The notes beneath the pieces were generated by a model. That model saw only the letters and a list, made by a program, of their open reading frames with translations, made no database searches and had not been told where the DNA came from. A stretch of DNA of 64,000 nt from Acidimicrobiia bacterium (GTDB taxonomy: Bacteria; Actinomycetota; Acidimicrobiia; Spongiisociales; Spongiisociaceae): NCBI GenBank assembly GCA_965231815.1, contig OZ246890.1:2833388-2897387 (forward strand). The letters are read 5' to 3'. Position numbers and translations under genes: made by a program. Positions 1 through 8,761 of the stretch are shown here, piece after piece; position 1 is the stretch's first letter; every line of letters starts with the position of its first letter.

Positions 1-44
1 TTGGTTGGCACTGCCGCGACAGTGCCCGATAGGATGGGATACCT

Positions 45-512
45 ATGGATTACAGGGTTGCCAACACCATAGAAGTGCTGAACCGCGCGACGAGCGCCAT
101 CTGGTACGAGATGCCGGAGGAGGTGCGTCGCTTACTTACCCGCCGGGGGACCAAGGGCTACGGCTGGCCGATGATCATCTGCGCCGAGGAGAACACGCGG
201 GCTTTCGCCGACGACATGGCGGTGTTACGTAACGCGGGGCGGGACCAGTCACTCGACCTAGAGACCCTGAAGCAGGTGATCCGGATGTTCTGTGACGCTC
301 AGCTGGGTATCCTTCACAACTGGTACGGACTCGATGACAGCGTCGAGTTGGTCCGGAGTTCGCTCGATGCCCTCGATCACATTGAATCCCGTGAAGAGTA
401 CCTGGCTTTCACGCATGAGTTGAGCGTATATCTGGGCCGCCTCCATTGGTGGGCGGACACCCTGGTGCCGTGGGACGACATCAGCGCCAAGTACGAGGAA
501 ATGACCAACTAG
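45..512 (+). CDS. hypothetical protein, first gene of the putative BMC operon (5' end may lie outside the window)
   Basis: Complete ORF with helical N-terminus, packed 21 nt upstream of the Gfo/Idh/MocA gene on the same strand; no recognisable motif. Confidence 0.4.
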   Translation: MDYRVANTIEVLNRATSAIWYEMPEEVRRLLTRRGTKGYGWPMIICAEENTRAFADDMAVLRNAGRDQSLDLETLKQVIRMFCDAQLGILHNWYGLDDSVELVRSSLDALDHIESREEYLAFTHELSVYLGRLHWWADTLVPWDDISAKYEEMTN

Positions 513-533
513 CAGGGAATCGAGGAGGAGCCA

Positions 534-1595
534 GTGGCCGGACGAGACGGTAACTACAGGGTCGGGTGCGTGGGTGCGGGCTTCGTCGCCGAGGTGTACC
601 ACCTACCCGTCCAACAGCGGGTCGAGGGTGTGGAGACGGTGGCGATAGCCGATCTCAACATGGACTTGGCCCGGCAAAGAGCAGACGAGTTCGGAGTCGC
701 CGAGGTGTACGGCCCGTTCGAGGACATGATCGAGCAAGCCGACCTGGACATTGTCTCCATATGCGTACCACCGTTTCTCCACCTAGCGGTCACGAAAGCG
801 GCCGCCGCAGCCGGGGTGCATGTCATCTGCGAGAAGCCGATGGCGGCATCACCGGAGGAGGTGGCGGAACTGGTCCAGGTTGTTGAGGACAGCGGGATCA
901 AGTTCATGATCGCCGAGAACTTCTGGTGGTATCCCGACCTGGTCGACGCCAAAGCGAGGATCGACGCCGGGCTGATCGGGGACCTGTTTCATGTGCGAGT
1001 CGAAGATTTCATCAACGACATCGATCCCACCTATCGGCGGGACCACGAACGGTTCCTCATTTACGAGCAGGATGTTCACTACATAGACGTGATCCGCCAC
1101 CTGGTTGATGACGACGTGGTGCGAGTGCATGCGATGACCCGCCGGATCCCCACTCAGCAAATCGCAGGAGAGAACTTTGCCATGATCACCATGGAGTTCG
1201 CCAACGGCGTAATCGCCCGGATCGACGAATGCTGGGTTTCAGCCCGCGGCGATCAGTACGTGATGCGGATGCGCATCGATGGCACCCTCGGCTCGATCTT
1301 CATCAACCAGCCCGATCATCCCTACAAGCTGTACACGGATAAGCAGGGTCTTGAGGGATGGCACTATCCACCAACCGACACCAAGCCTCCGGGCGGGCAC
1401 ACGGTGGTGGGGTATTCGGCCCCCTGGCCGGCCGACGAACTCCGAGAGGGTACGGTGGGGTGCTACATGGCCTTTCTCGACTACCTGAACGACGGCATCC
1501 CGCCCGCCACAGTGGCATCCGATAACGCCAAGACGATGGAGGTCGTGTTCGCAGCCTACGAGTCAGCCGAAACCCAGCAGGTGATCCACCTGTGA
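534..1595 (+). CDS. Gfo/Idh/MocA family NAD(P)-dependent oxidoreductase
   Basis: N-terminal Rossmann motif GCVGAGFVAEVYH, EKP motif (ICEKPMA), length 353 aa typical of the family. Confidence 0.8.
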   Translation: MAGRDGNYRVGCVGAGFVAEVYHLPVQQRVEGVETVAIADLNMDLARQRADEFGVAEVYGPFEDMIEQADLDIVSICVPPFLHLAVTKAAAAAGVHVICEKPMAASPEEVAELVQVVEDSGIKFMIAENFWWYPDLVDAKARIDAGLIGDLFHVRVEDFINDIDPTYRRDHERFLIYEQDVHYIDVIRHLVDDDVVRVHAMTRRIPTQQIAGENFAMITMEFANGVIARIDECWVSARGDQYVMRMRIDGTLGSIFINQPDHPYKLYTDKQGLEGWHYPPTDTKPPGGHTVVGYSAPWPADELREGTVGCYMAFLDYLNDGIPPATVASDNAKTMEVVFAAYESAETQQVIHL

Positions 1596-1645
1596 TCCTT
1601 CGATCCCCCCGACCGGATTACCCCGTTTAGGGGGCAGGCCCTCTG

Positions 1646-2467
1646 ATGGCCACGGCGTTGCGGGACGGGCTGCTCGATTACTTCCGTTCGGACGGGTGGG
1701 CTGCAGCCCAAGCCCTGCTGGAGAATCCGGGGGTCAGTTTCTTCGAGGCGAAGGTAACCACCCGGATCCACCCGTTGTCGCTGGAGTTCTTGTTCGTCGA
1801 GTACCTGGATCGGATCGGCCGTCGGGTGCGTAATGTGGGCCACGCCTTCGTCGGCGAATGGGGGTGGATCAAGATCTACCCGGAGGTCCGACCGGTGCTC
1901 AATATCGTGTGGCGGTACGACGACTCCTCGGTCATCGCAGCCCACCCCGAGGACTTCCTGGATGTGTGGACCGACGAGGGAGAGCGTGAATACCTGGAGG
2001 ATGTCGGGCCGAGAAGGATTGCCCGGGAGGACCGGGACGGGATCCTGTCGTACCTGGTGTCGGCGCACTGGAAGCAGGTTCTGGACCGGTACGCTGATTA
2101 CGAGACAGAGCACTTCCACACCTACCTCAACACCGACCTGCACCCCCACGACCTCGCCCCCTACCTGGTGGAGAGCCTGGCCGAGCGGGGATTCACGCTC
2201 CGGGTTCCCCCCTTCTTCCTGGCAAGGCCCGATCTCGGGCTCATGTGGATCGGCCTAGCTCCCGACGGGATGACCTCCCAGGAGGTGGCCTGCATCCATA
2301 CTCCCGGCACCCTCCTCGAGCCGAAGCGGCTCACCGATCAGGACCGGGAGTATGGGGGTGATCCCTGGACGGTGACCGACTTTCGCCGACGGGTAGCCCG
2401 AGACCCGTACGAGGTTCTCACACTGTCCGAGGCGAGGGGAATAGTCGATGAGATGGTGGGGCAGTGA
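1646..2467 (+). CDS. hypothetical protein (273 aa), translationally coupled to downstream aldehyde dehydrogenase
   Basis: ORF ends with GTGA stop/start overlap with the ALDH gene (GTG 2464). N-terminal amphipathic helix (ALRDGLLDYFRS) is a possible encapsulation peptide. Confidence 0.5.
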   Translation: MATALRDGLLDYFRSDGWAAAQALLENPGVSFFEAKVTTRIHPLSLEFLFVEYLDRIGRRVRNVGHAFVGEWGWIKIYPEVRPVLNIVWRYDDSSVIAAHPEDFLDVWTDEGEREYLEDVGPRRIAREDRDGILSYLVSAHWKQVLDRYADYETEHFHTYLNTDLHPHDLAPYLVESLAERGFTLRVPPFFLARPDLGLMWIGLAPDGMTSQEVACIHTPGTLLEPKRLTDQDREYGGDPWTVTDFRRRVARDPYEVLTLSEARGIVDEMVGQ

Positions 2468-4242
2468 GGAGGTTCGTCACCAGCGAGGACATTCGTCAAC
2501 TAGCCGAGATCGGCGAGTTCGAGTTCATGATGCGCGAGGGCACGGTCCTGACCGATGCAGCCCTCGACGAGGCCCACCGCCTAGGCGTTAGCTTGGTGGA
2601 AGGGTCCCGCCTGGCCGTTCCCCGGCCTGCGGCTACGGATGATCGGCCCGCTTCGTTCCCGCAGGTTCCCACGCCCCGCCCCTCCCAGGCGTTGACCGCT
2701 CCACCTCGAAACGATTCCACGACTCCCTCGGACGACCCGCCCCGCTTCGAGGGTCTTCCGGACCACTCCCACCTTCACTCACAACTCCTGATCGACGGTG
2801 AGTTCCGCGACGCCGCCGACGGGTCCACCAACCCTTCCGTGGACCCCGCCACCAACGAGACCATCCTGGATGTGGCTGCAGCAGCTGCGGAGGACATTGA
2901 TCTGGCAGTCCGGTCTGCTAGGCGGGCCTTTCGTAACTGGCGGCTGATGGACCCGGCTGACCGAGCCGATCTGCTACTCAAGGTTGCCGAGCGGATCGAG
3001 AATGAGCACGAGTTTCTTGCCAAGGTAGAGAGCCAAGACGTCGGGCGGCCGATACGGGAGACCACTCTGATCGACCTGCCGGCTTCCTGGGATCCGTTCC
3101 GGTTCTTCCAGGGCCTTGTACGGGCCATAGACGGTAGGGTTCTGGCCCTTCCCCGGGACTCACTCGACTACGTGCGCAAGGAGCCCATGGGAGTGGTGGG
3201 AATGATCATTCCCTGGAACTTCCCGCTGCACATCGCTTGCCGCAAATCCGCCGCGGCACTGGCGGCCGGCAACACCATCGTTCTCAAACCTCCGGAGTTG
3301 GCCCCCCTAACCTGTCTTGAGTTGGGACGTATTTGCACGGAGGCCGGCCTTCCTCCGGGTGTGTTCAACGTGGTCCCCGGCACCGGGGAGGTGGCGGGGA
3401 GGGCTCTGGTCCGCCACCAGGGTGTGGACAAGATCGCCTTCACCGGATCGACAGTGGTAGGTCGCTCTGTGATGCGGGGATCAGCTGGAACCATAAAGCG
3501 GGTGTCGCTTGAGTTGGGCGGCAAATCCCCGTCGATAGTCTTCGCCGATGCCAACCTCGACCGAGCAGTGAGCGGTGCCCTGTTCGGGATCTACCTGGCG
3601 CAAGGGCAGGTGTGCTCGGCCGGCTCCCGGATACTTGTGGAACGGCCCATATACGATGAGTTCTTGGAGCGGTTTGCCGCTAGAGCGGCATCCATACGGA
3701 TCGGTTTGCCGTGGCAATGGCGGACGCAGTTGGGCCCCTTGGTTAATAAACGCCAGATGGAGCGCGTCAACGAATACGTTGACATCGGCAGGGCTGAGGG
3801 AGCGACGGTTATCGGGGGCGGCTCCCCGCATGATGATGCCGAACTCGCCCGGGGAAACTTTATGGCGCCAACTTGCTTCGCCAATGTGGAACCCGGGTTC
3901 AGGATCGCGCAGGAGGAGATATTCGGTCCTGTGGCTGTGTTGATGCCCTTCAGCGGCGAGGAGGAGGCCGTCCGGCTGGCCAACGATGTTCGATACGGAT
4001 TGGCGGCCGGCATCTGGACCACGGATATCGGTAGGGCGCACAGGGTGGCTCGGGACTTGGAGGCCGGCTCCATCTGGGTCAACCACTTCGGCGTGTATCC
4101 CAGCGAAGCGCCTTTCGGTGGTTACAAGGAGAGCGGCACCGGACACGACCTAGGCTTGGAGTCGCTGCATGAGTACATGGAAACCAAGAACGTGCATGTC
4201 AACATAGGACGCGGATTCAATGACTGGTACAAGAAAAACTGA
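2464..4242 (+). CDS. aldehyde dehydrogenase with fused N-terminal EutQ-type domain and Pro-rich linker (BMC-associated)
   Basis: C-terminal ~450 aa show the ALDH active site (GQVCSAGSR), Glu motif (LELGGKSP) and GxxxxG NAD site. N-terminal ~50 aa (FVTSEDIRQLAEIGEFEFMMREGTVLTDAALDEAHRLGVSL) resemble the EutQ N-terminus (LITANDIRAA...IITPEAREVADLLGF). A ~100 aa P/T/S-rich linker follows. Confidence 0.85.
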   Translation: MRRFVTSEDIRQLAEIGEFEFMMREGTVLTDAALDEAHRLGVSLVEGSRLAVPRPAATDDRPASFPQVPTPRPSQALTAPPRNDSTTPSDDPPRFEGLPDHSHLHSQLLIDGEFRDAADGSTNPSVDPATNETILDVAAAAAEDIDLAVRSARRAFRNWRLMDPADRADLLLKVAERIENEHEFLAKVESQDVGRPIRETTLIDLPASWDPFRFFQGLVRAIDGRVLALPRDSLDYVRKEPMGVVGMIIPWNFPLHIACRKSAAALAAGNTIVLKPPELAPLTCLELGRICTEAGLPPGVFNVVPGTGEVAGRALVRHQGVDKIAFTGSTVVGRSVMRGSAGTIKRVSLELGGKSPSIVFADANLDRAVSGALFGIYLAQGQVCSAGSRILVERPIYDEFLERFAARAASIRIGLPWQWRTQLGPLVNKRQMERVNEYVDIGRAEGATVIGGGSPHDDAELARGNFMAPTCFANVEPGFRIAQEEIFGPVAVLMPFSGEEEAVRLANDVRYGLAAGIWTTDIGRAHRVARDLEAGSIWVNHFGVYPSEAPFGGYKESGTGHDLGLESLHEYMETKNVHVNIGRGFNDWYKKN

Positions 4243-4254
4243 GGAGGTCGGATC

Positions 4255-4533
4255 ATGCAAGGTGCTCTAGGGTTGATAGAGACCCGCGGGCTGGTCGGCG
4301 CCATAGAGGCGGCCGACGCGATGGCCAAAGCGGCCCGCGTCGAGATCATCGGTCACGAGGCGATCGGCGGAGGCTACGTCACGGTCATGGTGCAGGGCGA
4401 GGTTGGCGCGGTGAAATCGGCGGTGGACGTCGGTGCTTCCGCGGCCAAGAAGGTCGGGGATCTCGTGGCCGCCCATCTGATCCCCAAACCCCATAAGGAA
4501 TTGGCGAAGGTGAGCGCTCTGCTCGACGACTGA
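4255..4533 (+). CDS. BMC-H shell protein (PduA/EutM-type, Pfam00936)
   Basis: Canonical BMC domain: GLIETRGLVGAIEAADAMAKAARVEIIGHE...GGGYVTVMVQGEVGAVKSAVDVGASAA...DLVAAHLIPKPH. RBS GAGGAGG 8 nt upstream. Confidence 0.9.
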   Translation: MQGALGLIETRGLVGAIEAADAMAKAARVEIIGHEAIGGGYVTVMVQGEVGAVKSAVDVGASAAKKVGDLVAAHLIPKPHKELAKVSALLDD

Positions 4534-4643
4534 TCATGGTCTCCGATGGGGAGGGTGCCAAAAAGACAATCTAGCAGGGTTTTACGTACCCTCCTCGTCC
4601 GTTGGAGGAGGGATGAGCAGCCGAGAGCGAGAGCGAGGAGGCA

Positions 4644-4913
4644 TTGATGTTGTTGTGCCGTGTTACGGGAACCACCGTCGTGACGGCGCGCGCCGCCGGT
4701 CTGGGAGGAGCCAAGCTGTTGGTGGTCCGGCCGGAGGGCGGTGACTCCGTTTCGTCGTTCGTGGCGGTGGACGCTGTGGGAGCCGGGTCCGGGGATCTGG
4801 TACTGGTAGCCGAGGGCAGCGCGGCGAGGATTCCCGAAGCAATCGTGTCGGCTCCGACCGATGCAGCCGTTGTCGGCATTGTTGACGAAACAAGCCACGA
4901 CCCGGGATGCTGA
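4644..4913 (+). CDS. BMC-P vertex protein (EutN/CcmL/PduN-type, Pfam03319)
   Basis: MLLCRVTGTTVVT...GAKLLVVRPEG...VAVDAVGAGSGDLVLVAEGSAARI...TDAAVVGIVDE matches the EutN/CcmL pentamer family. Confidence 0.85.
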   Translation: MMLLCRVTGTTVVTARAAGLGGAKLLVVRPEGGDSVSSFVAVDAVGAGSGDLVLVAEGSAARIPEAIVSAPTDAAVVGIVDETSHDPGC

Positions 4914-5545
4914 CGGTGACGAGTCCAGGACAATCGGGTAGCGGGAGCGGCAACTCTTTGCGCGCCTACGTATATGTGGACAAGATGCAGCCCACTTGGG
5001 CGGCCTACGTGGGAAGGAACGACAAAGAAAGTTCGGGACTGGAAGGGATGGCGCAGCTTTATGTGGAGGTTGCGCCCGCCACGCTGGTGTTCTCGCTCGC
5101 CAACGCCGCGCTGAAGAACACCGAGACGTCCTCATCCATGCTGGTTGCCGAGCGGAGATACGGGACGCTCGAACTACACTCGGCCAACCCCGACGCGGTC
5201 CGCCAGGCCGGAACCATCATCCTGGCGATGATCGGCAGTTCCTCGGCCCCCGGCATCGTGCCCTCGGCGGTGACTACCCGTATCGTCAACAACGTGACCG
5301 GCATCGAAGCCGGGCTGGTGAACCGGATGCGTGTCCGCAGCCGGCTCAGAGAAGGTGACGCCATGCTGGTCGTGGAGACGGAGCCCGCCGCCTACGTGGC
5401 ACTGGCCGCCAACGAAGTGGAGAAGCACACCTCGCTGCGCATGATCCTCGTGCGGCTCCACGGCGCCAGCGGTCGTCTGATCCTCGCCGGGAGCGAAGCC
5501 GAGGTGGAGATCGGGCGCCAGGTGGCTCTCGGGGCCCTCGGGTAG
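4907..5545 (+). CDS. divergent tandem-BMC-domain (BMC-T-like) shell protein
   Basis: 212 aa with two BMC-like halves. The second half (AAYVALAANEVEKHTSLRMILVRLHGASGRLILAGSEAEVEIGRQVALGAL) aligns to the AxDAxxKAAxVELxxxxxxGxG...GDVxAVxxAV pattern. The first half is more degenerate. The start overlaps the BMC-P stop. Confidence 0.5.
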   Translation: MLTVTSPGQSGSGSGNSLRAYVYVDKMQPTWAAYVGRNDKESSGLEGMAQLYVEVAPATLVFSLANAALKNTETSSSMLVAERRYGTLELHSANPDAVRQAGTIILAMIGSSSAPGIVPSAVTTRIVNNVTGIEAGLVNRMRVRSRLREGDAMLVVETEPAAYVALAANEVEKHTSLRMILVRLHGASGRLILAGSEAEVEIGRQVALGALG

Positions 5546-5554
5546 GGGGGAGTC

Positions 5555-6103
5555 GTGCGCCAGATACTGACCACCGAGGATATCCGGACCGCAATCCGCC
5601 GGGGCAAGACGGAGTTGGTTGTCGAGCCCCCGACCATCATCACCGCAGCCGCTCGGGACGAGGCCAACCTGGCCGGGCTCCGGATCATCGAAGGTCCCAA
5701 GGACCGCAACGCCGACATAGTCATCAAGGTGTCCGGCGAAGATATCCGGGCGACGCTACTACTCGACGAGGCGCCTGTCACCGCGTCGGCCATCCGTGAC
5801 CTCCTTCCCCTCTCCGGTACCGTCAACCATGCCCGCCTAGCCGGCGACGAACTGATGTTCCCGATCCGGACCTACCTGGGTCCGGAGAACCAATCCAAGG
5901 CTCAATCGGCGGGAAACATCGCCTATTGGCCTGACCGGATGATCATCGCCATGTTCTACGGGGACACCGGCGGTGTGGGTCTCACCAACGTATTCGCACG
6001 GGTGGTCGCCGACGACATGGAAGCCTTCCGCAAGGCGGGAGACTTCGTCTGGAAAAACCAGGGAGTGGAACTCCGCATCGAGCATGCCAGGCCGCCGGCG
6101 TAG
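5555..6103 (+). CDS. BMC-associated protein with EutQ-type N-terminal domain (EutQ-like)
   Basis: N-terminus MRQILTTEDIRTAIRRGKTELVVEPPTIITAAARDEANLAGLRIIEG is homologous to the ALDH N-terminus in the same operon and to the EutQ N-terminal region. The C-terminal ~110 aa are of uncertain fold (no His cupin motif). GTG start with GGGGGGAG RBS. Confidence 0.55.
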   Translation: MRQILTTEDIRTAIRRGKTELVVEPPTIITAAARDEANLAGLRIIEGPKDRNADIVIKVSGEDIRATLLLDEAPVTASAIRDLLPLSGTVNHARLAGDELMFPIRTYLGPENQSKAQSAGNIAYWPDRMIIAMFYGDTGGVGLTNVFARVVADDMEAFRKAGDFVWKNQGVELRIEHARPPA

Positions 6104-6307
6104 CAGAGTTCGGCTAAGGGAGCTCCGCACCGAGAGGCCGCGTTCGTCCCTGATGCCGGGTCGCTCAAGTGCGTGTCACTTCTGCAAAAGTTTATCCCCC
6201 CAATTCACTCGTGCGGGTTGTTGTGAACCGTACCGGGTATTCCCGATGCGTGTCACACCCCCGCCGTACAGTTACAAGTGTTGATCGGCGGACCAGCAGA
6301 CCGTTGC

Positions 6308-6385
6308 CTAGCCCCGATTATTCATGGATAGGGGTATGGAGGATGAGTGGAGTAGACCAGTTTCACACCCTGACCAGGCAATACG
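6308..6385 (+). mobile_element. truncated 5' copy of a CTAG-terminated MITE-like element (family R1)
   Basis: CTAGCCCCGATTATTCATGGATAGGGGTATGGAGGATGAGTGGAGTAGACCAG... is ~85% identical over ~75 nt to the 5' ends of the full copies at 30719 and 45330 (reverse). No 3' inverted repeat is present. Confidence 0.45.
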
Positions 6386-6677
6386 ACATCATGAGCGACA
6401 TGGTAGACCTGACAGCCATCCTCACGAACAGGCCGCACATGTTGGCCATCGGCGAACAGGGTTGCCCCTTCGATGAACGGAGCACCGCTTCGCCGCTTGG
6501 CCGCGACGTTCGACGATCTCCGTCTCGGAGCCAGACTCGTTACCGACGAAGACAAGGAATGGCTCCGCATCGGCGCGCGGAATGCCGAGACTCAGGGTCG
6601 TCTAACGTTCTGGGAAGCTGAGCTTCAGCGGCTTTCTGGTGCCGGGTCGGAGCTCTTCTTCCTGCAGGGAGGCTATC

Positions 6678-7454
6678 ATGATGAGATTTAAGGATCGGGT
6701 TGCGATCGTAACCGGAGGGGCGTCGGGAATCGGTGCCGCCACCGCCAGGGAGTTCCTGCGGGAAGGTGCCCGCGTAGTCGTAATCGATTTGCGACCGGCG
6801 GATCACGCTTACCTAACCCGTGACCTGGACTGTTCCCGGTCGATGCTTCGATCCATCAAAGGCAACGTGGCGGAGATCGAGGACTGTCACCGTGCCGTCG
6901 CTGAAGCCGTCGACGCCTTCGGTCGTCTGGACTGCCTGGTGAACAACGCGGCCAGCTTTGTTGCGCAAGGGATTGACGTGACGAAAGAAGGCTGGAATGC
7001 CAGTTGGTCCACCAACGTCCTCGGCGCCACCAACATGGTCAAAGCCGCTTGCGAACCTCTAAAGGAGAATGGCGCCGGGGTAATCGTGAACGTCGCCAGC
7101 GTGGTGGCGGTCGTCGCCAAACCGGGTGCCTGGACCTATCACGGCACCAAGGGAGCGTTGCTTTCTCTCACCAAGTGCATGGCGATCGACCTAGGTGTCC
7201 ACGGTATTAGGGCGAACACCGTTAGCCCCGGCTGGACCTGGACGGAAGCGACCGCGGCCCTAATCGACCGCGATGCCTACGAGAAGTACATAGTCCCGCA
7301 TATGATGCTCAACCGCTGCGGCGAGACCATCGACGTGGCCCGCGCCATCCTATTCCTGTGCAGCGACGACGCCTCTTTCGTCACCGGAACGGACCTTAAG
7401 GTGGACGGCGGATACAGCGCCATGGGCCCGGAGGGCAAAGCCAACCCGGTGTGA
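6678..7454 (+). CDS. SDR family short-chain dehydrogenase/reductase
   Basis: TGGASGIGAATAREF glycine-rich NAD(P) motif, NNAA motif, YxxxK region (YHGTKGAL). Start taken at the ATG following the GGGAGG RBS. Confidence 0.85.
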   Translation: MMRFKDRVAIVTGGASGIGAATAREFLREGARVVVIDLRPADHAYLTRDLDCSRSMLRSIKGNVAEIEDCHRAVAEAVDAFGRLDCLVNNAASFVAQGIDVTKEGWNASWSTNVLGATNMVKAACEPLKENGAGVIVNVASVVAVVAKPGAWTYHGTKGALLSLTKCMAIDLGVHGIRANTVSPGWTWTEATAALIDRDAYEKYIVPHMMLNRCGETIDVARAILFLCSDDASFVTGTDLKVDGGYSAMGPEGKANPV

Positions 7455-7467
7455 CACCACTCCCGAT

Positions 7468-8694
7468 TCAACCGCCTTGCCGGGCGATCGCCCGGTAAAG
7501 AGCGGCGGAGAGGGCACGGGGCCGGCGGTCGGTTCCGACTTCCATGTGGGTCTGGTTCATCACGTATCCGAACCCCACTTGCGATACCGGGTCGGCGTAG
7601 CCCACCGCGCCGCCGATACCCTGCATCCCGAAAGCCTTGTCGTCGGGTCCCAACGACAAACCGCCCGGGGTGGAGCGGCCATAGCCGAGAGCTACCCGGG
7701 ATTCCCCGCCGAATACGGCGTCCGTGCCGCGTGCCTGCTCCGCGGCGTGGACGGTGATCGACTCCTCCGACACGATTCGCGTCCCGTCGAGTTTCCCTCC
7801 CCCGGCCAGCATGGCGTACATCCGGGCCACGCTGCGAGCATCACCGATGCCATTCACCGCCGGAACCTCAACCCCCCAGAAGTCGTGATCGTTGGCCAGA
7901 TCGATCGGCGATCCCCGCCCCGGACCGATGAACAGGGCGGCGGCGGCGGGGTTCTCAGGTCCCCCAAGCACCCGGATAAGATCAAACGCCGGATCCGGAT
8001 CGTGCAGGAGCGTCGCCACCCTCCGATGATGCTCGACGGGAAGCCCGATCCAGAAGTCAAGACCGAGCGGACCCGCCACCTCGTCCGCGAAGAACGTCCC
8101 GGGCGTTCGGCCGTCGATCCGCCGTACCAACTCGCTCACCAACCAGCCGAAGGTAATGGAGTGGTATCCGAGCCGCGTGCCCGGCTCCCAGGCAAGGGGT
8201 GCACCCGCCAACCGGGCGGCGATCTCATCGGTACGCCCCCAGCCGGAGGCATCGTCGAAGCTCACCAGGTCCCAGTACTCGGGGAAGGACGGCACCCCCA
8301 CGGTATGGCTCAGAACGTGACGGACCAGCGCCCCGCCCTTGCCCCGAACCCCGAACTCGGGCCAGTAAGCGGCGACCGGTTCGTCAAGATCCATCTCACC
8401 CCGGTCAACCAGGATCTGGGCAACCAGGGCTGCCGGCCCCTTGGTCACCGAGAATACGGGCACCAGCGTGTCCTCCCCCCACGGACGATCGGAAGTGGCC
8501 ATCCCACCCCAGACGTTGACCACGCACTCGCCGCCCAAGTAGGCGCAGAACTCCGCACCCACTTCACCCCTCGTGGCGAAGTTCTCCTCGAACGCGTCGA
8601 CCACCGGCTCGAAGCCGACCACCGCATGCCCTCTGATGTCGGTCACCGCGCTCCTTCCCCCGCCGGCAGGAGCAGTCCCGGCCCGGGGGAACAT
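7468..8694 (-). CDS. serine hydrolase of the beta-lactamase/esterase (EstB/PBP-like) family
   Basis: S-x-x-K motif (FSVTKG) near the N-terminus; length 408 aa; family-typical conserved segments. Confidence 0.75.
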   Translation of the reverse strand: MFPRAGTAPAGGGRSAVTDIRGHAVVGFEPVVDAFEENFATRGEVGAEFCAYLGGECVVNVWGGMATSDRPWGEDTLVPVFSVTKGPAALVAQILVDRGEMDLDEPVAAYWPEFGVRGKGGALVRHVLSHTVGVPSFPEYWDLVSFDDASGWGRTDEIAARLAGAPLAWEPGTRLGYHSITFGWLVSELVRRIDGRTPGTFFADEVAGPLGLDFWIGLPVEHHRRVATLLHDPDPAFDLIRVLGGPENPAAAALFIGPGRGSPIDLANDHDFWGVEVPAVNGIGDARSVARMYAMLAGGGKLDGTRIVSEESITVHAAEQARGTDAVFGGESRVALGYGRSTPGGLSLGPDDKAFGMQGIGGAVGYADPVSQVGFGYVMNQTHMEVGTDRRPRALSAALYRAIARQGG

Positions 8695-8761
8695 CCGGAC
8701 TGCTCGCTACGCGATGCAGGCCCCGGGTTCGGCCCGGGGCCTGCTCTCGTACGCCGAGACC

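Noticed and set aside
6342-6621. Small ORFs inside the R1 elements beginning GGAGG-ATG (MSGVD…/MDG…) that look like a conserved peptide gene
   Set aside because: The frame that continues into the conserved 3' part differs between copies (MSG-frame in the 45295 copy, MDG-frame in the 30735 copy, unrelated continuation in the 6308 copy). Conservation is at nucleotide level and the 3' stop lies inside the terminal inverted repeat. A MITE or RNA explains it better than a protein.
6169-6691. ORFs 6169-6621 and 6473-6691 between the EutQ-like gene and the SDR
   Set aside because: They overlap the truncated MITE and have no motifs. The region is more likely a non-coding spacer disrupted by the MITE fragment.
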